From: an uncultured virus (IMG/VR IMGVR_UViG_3300020047_004730)
Taxonomy: Duplodnaviria > Heunggongvirae > Uroviricota > Caudoviricetes > Crassvirales
DNA length: 20,000 nucleotides
Reading direction: 5' to 3' (one strand)
IMG/VR virus record: IMGVR_UViG_3300020047_004730
This document shows positions 16,655-20,000 of the stretch, one piece after another. The notes beneath the pieces are model-generated. The model was not told the DNA's origin. It was given only the letters and a program-made list of their open reading frames with translations, and made no database searches. Numbering within the stretch: the first letter of the stretch is position 1; each line of letters starts with the position of its first letter. A program made the translations under genes and the position numbers.

Positions 16655-16942
16655 TTAAGAAAATACAACTCCTGAAATAGCAACTGGTAATGTAACATCA
16701 ATAATTACATCTGGACGATTTTTATTTCCATGTGCTGCAATAATTGCGTCGTTAAATAAACCTACAACCTTATCAGTAGCTGCATCTGAAGCATGAGTGA
16801 ACGTTGCCACATCAAGACCAGATTGCTGATGGTTATAAGTAATAACAGTTGTCGTAGCTGCTGTACGTTCTGTTGTAATGATGTTCTCTGCTGAGAAAAT
16901 ACGCTCTGTACCGTTTACGGTAATGTTTAAGAATTTTGCCAT
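16655..16942 (-). CDS. Small virion protein, paralog A (95 aa; start re-assigned to MAKFLNITV)
   Basis: ATG at 16942 aligns with MARFIK of the paralog. The longer track start at 16987 lies within the terminator/promoter. Confidence 0.8.
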   Translation of the reverse strand: MAKFLNITVNGTERIFSAENIITTERTAATTTVITYNHQQSGLDVATFTHASDAATDKVVGLFNDAIIAAHGNKNRPDVIIDVTLPVAISGVVFS

Positions 16943-16974
16943 AGTCAAACCTTTTATGGGGTTAATAATAGGTA

Positions 16975-16982
16975 CAAAGATA
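16975..16982 (-). promoter_or_regulatory. -7 promoter element TATCTTTG for the paralog pair
   Basis: Intergenic, just after a terminator U-tract and 32 nt before the ATG. Confidence 0.75.
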
Positions 16983-16985
16983 AAC

Positions 16986-17010
16986 AAAAAAGCCGACAGT
17001 TAAGTCGGCT
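16986..17010 (-). terminator. Intrinsic terminator
   Basis: AGCCGAC-TTAACT-GTCGGCT followed by TTTTT, 6 nt after the stop at 17017. Confidence 0.85.
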
Positions 17011-17016
17011 CTTATA

Positions 17017-17754
17017 TTAGTCTTCGTATTGTACCTGAAGGTATTTATAGAAATCAATTCCATCGTCCGTCTGAAGGAAAGCAGATAATGCCGAAGCAGC
17101 TGATTCTCCTAATGGAACTGTCATTAATTTTTTCTTATTGTCTTTTAGGTTGTAGTAGATATCTCTATCTCCATTTCGAAGTCCAACATATCCATCTCTG
17201 ATTGCACGAGTTGCGATATCGTCTAACTCTAGGTCTGGATCATTTATTAAATCCATTAAATCGGTAGGATATTGTTCTGCAATCTTCATTACCTCCCACT
17301 TTAATTCATTTGGTGATAATTTATCCGTATTTATCTCTTTAAATATACGTATAATTGAAGACATCTTTTCAATAGACAAATCTCTAGCTATTATTTTAGC
17401 ATCTAATATTGCATTTTCTCTATCAAAGTTTTCTTCTGCTTCTTTTTCAGGATCCCATTCCTCAAACAAATTACCATTTTGAGGATGACTTCTAAGAAAA
17501 TTAATTAGCGTATGCTCAGTATCTCTAACTTTTAATACACCGTCTTCAAATATGATTGGTTCAAGTATGATGTTCTCATCTTGATCATCAACAAAAATAG
17601 ACTCTTGATTGCTTGCGTATCGCATACTACGATTCTTTTTTTTCTTCTCATCGTAATAAAGAAGTCTTTTTGTTGGCATGTCTCTCGATTGAAGAATAAA
17701 AGACACGGGTGATTTTTTTCCTTTTAAAAGGAAAATAGTTTCTGATTTTTTCAT
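17017..17754 (-). CDS. Conserved phage protein downstream of MCP, function unknown (245 aa)
   Basis: Long ORF, RYASNQ.SIFVD.Q / IIFEDG.L.V / FL..HP.NG motifs, flanked by terminators. Confidence 0.8.
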   Translation of the reverse strand: MKKSETIFLLKGKKSPVSFILQSRDMPTKRLLYYDEKKKKNRSMRYASNQESIFVDDQDENIILEPIIFEDGVLKVRDTEHTLINFLRSHPQNGNLFEEWDPEKEAEENFDRENAILDAKIIARDLSIEKMSSIIRIFKEINTDKLSPNELKWEVMKIAEQYPTDLMDLINDPDLELDDIATRAIRDGYVGLRNGDRDIYYNLKDNKKKLMTVPLGESAASALSAFLQTDDGIDFYKYLQVQYED

Positions 17755-17776
17755 TTGATATAGATTTGAATTAAAT

Positions 17777-17808
17777 TAAAAGAAAGGGGAGAGAACTCGT
17801 CCCTCCCC
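17777..17808 (-). terminator. Intrinsic terminator after MCP
   Basis: GGGGAGGGA-CGAGT-TCTCTCCCC followed by TTTCTTTT. Confidence 0.85.
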
Positions 17809-17819
17809 ATTCGGGTTTC

Positions 17820-19208
17820 TTATTTAAATAAGAAGAAATTGTTTGCACCAAGAGTACAAAGTGCTCTTTCTGAAAGGAAGTGACACTCCATTGCATCCAA
17901 GTCGCTAGTAGAAGCTCCACCTGCTGAACCTGTGATCCAAGTCTTGTACTTACGGTTTTCTGTTTCCGATTGACGGTAACGAACGTGTAAGTATGGACGC
18001 TGTGCACGCTTTCCGATAACTTGATCGTATACGTTCATTGTTCCTGCTGGAACCATTACTCCATTCACAGCTCCACCAACTAATCCTCCACGAAGAGTTG
18101 CATCGTTTAAGTATTTCCAGTCAGTCTTGTAGAAATCGTAAGATCCTCTACGGAAACCTGTAAATCCTAAATTCAATGCCATCTTCTCGTCATTGTCAAA
18201 CAATCCGTATGATGTACCACCAACTCCGTAAGAGTTTTGAGCAGCTAACATATCATCAATTGCCAAAGCAAAAGAACGGTTAGTGAACAATGTGTTTTCA
18301 GCGATTGATCCTTGCTTATCTAAACGGTCAAGGATAACGTCAAAGTCAGCCAATGTAGATGGAACACCACCAGACCAAGTATTTCCACGAGAGTCGATAG
18401 CAGCAAACATACCTTCTGTACCTTTATTACCAACATCTGTAGTTGTTAATCCGATAGCACCTGAACCACTTTCTGCTTCAACGTGTTCAACCATCATCAT
18501 CTCAAGATAGTCTTCGAAACGCATACGAGTTTCAGACTTAGACTTCAAGTACCAAAGGTATGACATACCTCCATCAGTCTCTACTTCAACCCATCCGATC
18601 TGAGCCATGTCAGAACCAGCGATAGCAAACTTATCTTTGATGATTACTGGAGATACCTCAAAGATATCAAGGTCAGCATCTAATGAACCTGACATTCCGT
18701 TAGCACCCTTCTTGAACTCAGATCCATAAACAAAAGCAATAATATCAGCTGTAGGATTTGCAAATCCAACAGTAACAGCATTTGAATAGTATGCTACAGT
18801 AAATGTATCAGCTGTAGGAAGAGCAGTAATGATACCTTTTTCTAATTTATTAACTGAAGCAGAAGACAACATAACTGTTTGACCAATACGGAACACGCAT
18901 GTACCAGTACCGATGTCAAAAGTTTGAAGTCCTGATGAAACAGCACCTGTTGTAGTTACACCAACATACTTAGTGTGTAGACGACCTTCTTCTGTCCACT
19001 TGATTAAGTCAGAGTTAGAAGGGATTTCTGCTCCCATTCTACGTAAAAAAGACGATACAGAGCGATCTCCGTAACGTGCGAATTCTTGCTCATATGTATC
19101 TGGAAGATACTGACTCAAGAAATTAAAATTAGTGATGTAGTTACTCTGTAGAGTAGCTTTCACCGAGCTTGGTTGTAGATCAAAAGATCCACCGATTGTT
19201 CCTGCCAT
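17820..19208 (-). CDS. Major capsid protein (HK97 fold, crAss-like type), 462 aa
   Basis: Size, position after an acidic scaffold-like gene, downstream terminator, strongly biased codons (CGT, TTC, AAC), and motifs IKWTEEGRLH, GSEFKKG, RFEDYLEM and LNLGFTGFRRG. Confidence 0.88.
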   Translation of the reverse strand: MAGTIGGSFDLQPSSVKATLQSNYITNFNFLSQYLPDTYEQEFARYGDRSVSSFLRRMGAEIPSNSDLIKWTEEGRLHTKYVGVTTTGAVSSGLQTFDIGTGTCVFRIGQTVMLSSASVNKLEKGIITALPTADTFTVAYYSNAVTVGFANPTADIIAFVYGSEFKKGANGMSGSLDADLDIFEVSPVIIKDKFAIAGSDMAQIGWVEVETDGGMSYLWYLKSKSETRMRFEDYLEMMMVEHVEAESGSGAIGLTTTDVGNKGTEGMFAAIDSRGNTWSGGVPSTLADFDVILDRLDKQGSIAENTLFTNRSFALAIDDMLAAQNSYGVGGTSYGLFDNDEKMALNLGFTGFRRGSYDFYKTDWKYLNDATLRGGLVGGAVNGVMVPAGTMNVYDQVIGKRAQRPYLHVRYRQSETENRKYKTWITGSAGGASTSDLDAMECHFLSERALCTLGANNFFLFK

Positions 19209-19235
19209 TTTTGTAGGTTTTTGTTTTTGTTATTA

Positions 19236-20000
19236 CTATTTTATCTTGTACCTTGGCTGCTCTCCTGCTGATGCATCTCTAACGATTAGTCCTTCTTTCG
19301 GTGTTATAGTTGTTGCCGATTTAGTTCCCATATCAATATTCTTAGAATCCTTCTCTAATCCATTCACTCCATCTGCCTTACCTTGTTCGTAAGCGAAAGA
19401 GAAGAATTTATCAGGATCTGATGCGACTGCAATTGCCCGGTGAAACGCTTCTGAATCTTTCAAGAATCCTTTGTCATCCAAGAACTTCCCAATGAAGTTT
19501 GAAATGTCTGACTGAGACTCCTTTAATGTCTTTGCTTCTGCTGGCTTATAAACCAATTCGCTTTCCCCATTCTTAAATTTGAAACCTTCAAATCCGTCAG
19601 AAAAAAGTTTGTTAGTCTGTTCAGCAAAAAACTTGGACCGAACCTGATTCTCCTGTTCAACCGTTTGAGCTTGCTCAAGATTTCTTTTAAAAGCTTTGTA
19701 ATTCTCCTTTTCACTTTCTGGAACGAAAGAATCTCTTGACTCAAGAGGAACTTTATATTGTTCTTTTAGCTTATTGAAGTGATCCTTCGCTTTCGAAAGC
19801 TCTTCTTTTAAATAAAGCTGTTTCTCAGTAACTTCATCTTCATCGTCCATGTCTACGTCATAAGTAAATTTTCTCAACTTAAACGACAACTCACGATCAG
19901 AAATTTCTGGATCCTGCTCAGTATAAAAATCTCTCAAGGTCTTCATCGGGTCCTCCTTAGAGTAATCCTTCTGAAGCTTAACGAAATCCTCAAATGTTCT
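19236..20000 (-). CDS. Putative scaffolding protein, 5'-truncated
   Basis: The frame is open from the window edge (RTFEDFVKLQKDYSKEDPMKTL...). Acidic and helical, immediately upstream of MCP, ending in TAG TAA TAA. Confidence 0.72.
   Translation of the reverse strand, partial: RTFEDFVKLQKDYSKEDPMKTLRDFYTEQDPEISDRELSFKLRKFTYDVDMDDEDEVTEKQLYLKEELSKAKDHFNKLKEQYKVPLESRDSFVPESEKENYKAFKRNLEQAQTVEQENQVRSKFFAEQTNKLFSDGFEGFKFKNGESELVYKPAEAKTLKESQSDISNFIGKFLDDKGFLKDSEAFHRAIAVASDPDKFFSFAYEQGKADGVNGLEKDSKNIDMGTKSATTITPKEGLIVRDASAGEQPRYKIK

Larger units (their letters stand above)
1..20000 (-). mobile_element. Bacteriophage structural/morphogenesis module (Bacteroidota host; crAss-like gene order)
   Basis: Tightly packed co-oriented genes in the order scaffold, MCP, ring proteins, muzzle, ejection proteins. 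No host genes. Bacteroidota-type TAnnTTTG promoters and SD-less A-rich starts. Confidence 0.92.

Noticed and set aside
16943..16987. N-terminal extension MFIFVPIINPIKGLT of the 110-aa ORF
   Set aside because: It overlaps the terminator tail and promoter. Paralog alignment supports ATG at 16942.
17771..18007. Alternative-frame ORF crossing the MCP stop, as a possible frameshifted capsid extension
   Set aside because: TTTAAAT near the stop is not phased as X XXY YYZ. The extension would be short and would run through the terminator hairpin.
1..20000. Stop-codon reassignment as seen in some crAss-like phages
   Set aside because: All genes are full length under code 11, and TAG appears only at gene ends (19236 and 15325).

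Overview
The window is a 20 kb piece of the virion morphogenesis module of a Bacteroidota-infecting tailed phage with a crAss-like (podovirus-type) gene order. All real genes are on the minus strand. In transcription order they are: scaffold-like protein (truncated), major capsid protein, a conserved 245-aa protein, two paralogous small virion proteins, two tail ring/adaptor proteins, a 1298-aa muzzle/stabilisation protein, a 957-aa modular Cys-rich protein with four poly-Thr tracts, a coupled DxD glycosyltransferase resembling the plant HPAT/SERGT1 O-glycosyltransferases, the detached muzzle C-terminal domain, and three putative ejection/cargo proteins. The last of these is >1218 aa, runs off the window and is missing from the ORF track. 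Host assignment rests on four intergenic TAnnTTTG promoter elements and A-rich starts lacking a Shine-Dalgarno sequence. Main discoveries: (1) a candidate virion O-glycosylation cassette (poly-Thr mucin-like protein plus glycosyltransferase) placed between the two parts of the muzzle gene; (2) an A10 slippery run near the start of the giant gene that opens a start-less -1 frame encoding an aromatic, amphipathic beta-strand peptide; (3) a 56-aa basic protein gene overprinted inside the giant gene. Family assignments come from recalled motifs and synteny, not from database searches.
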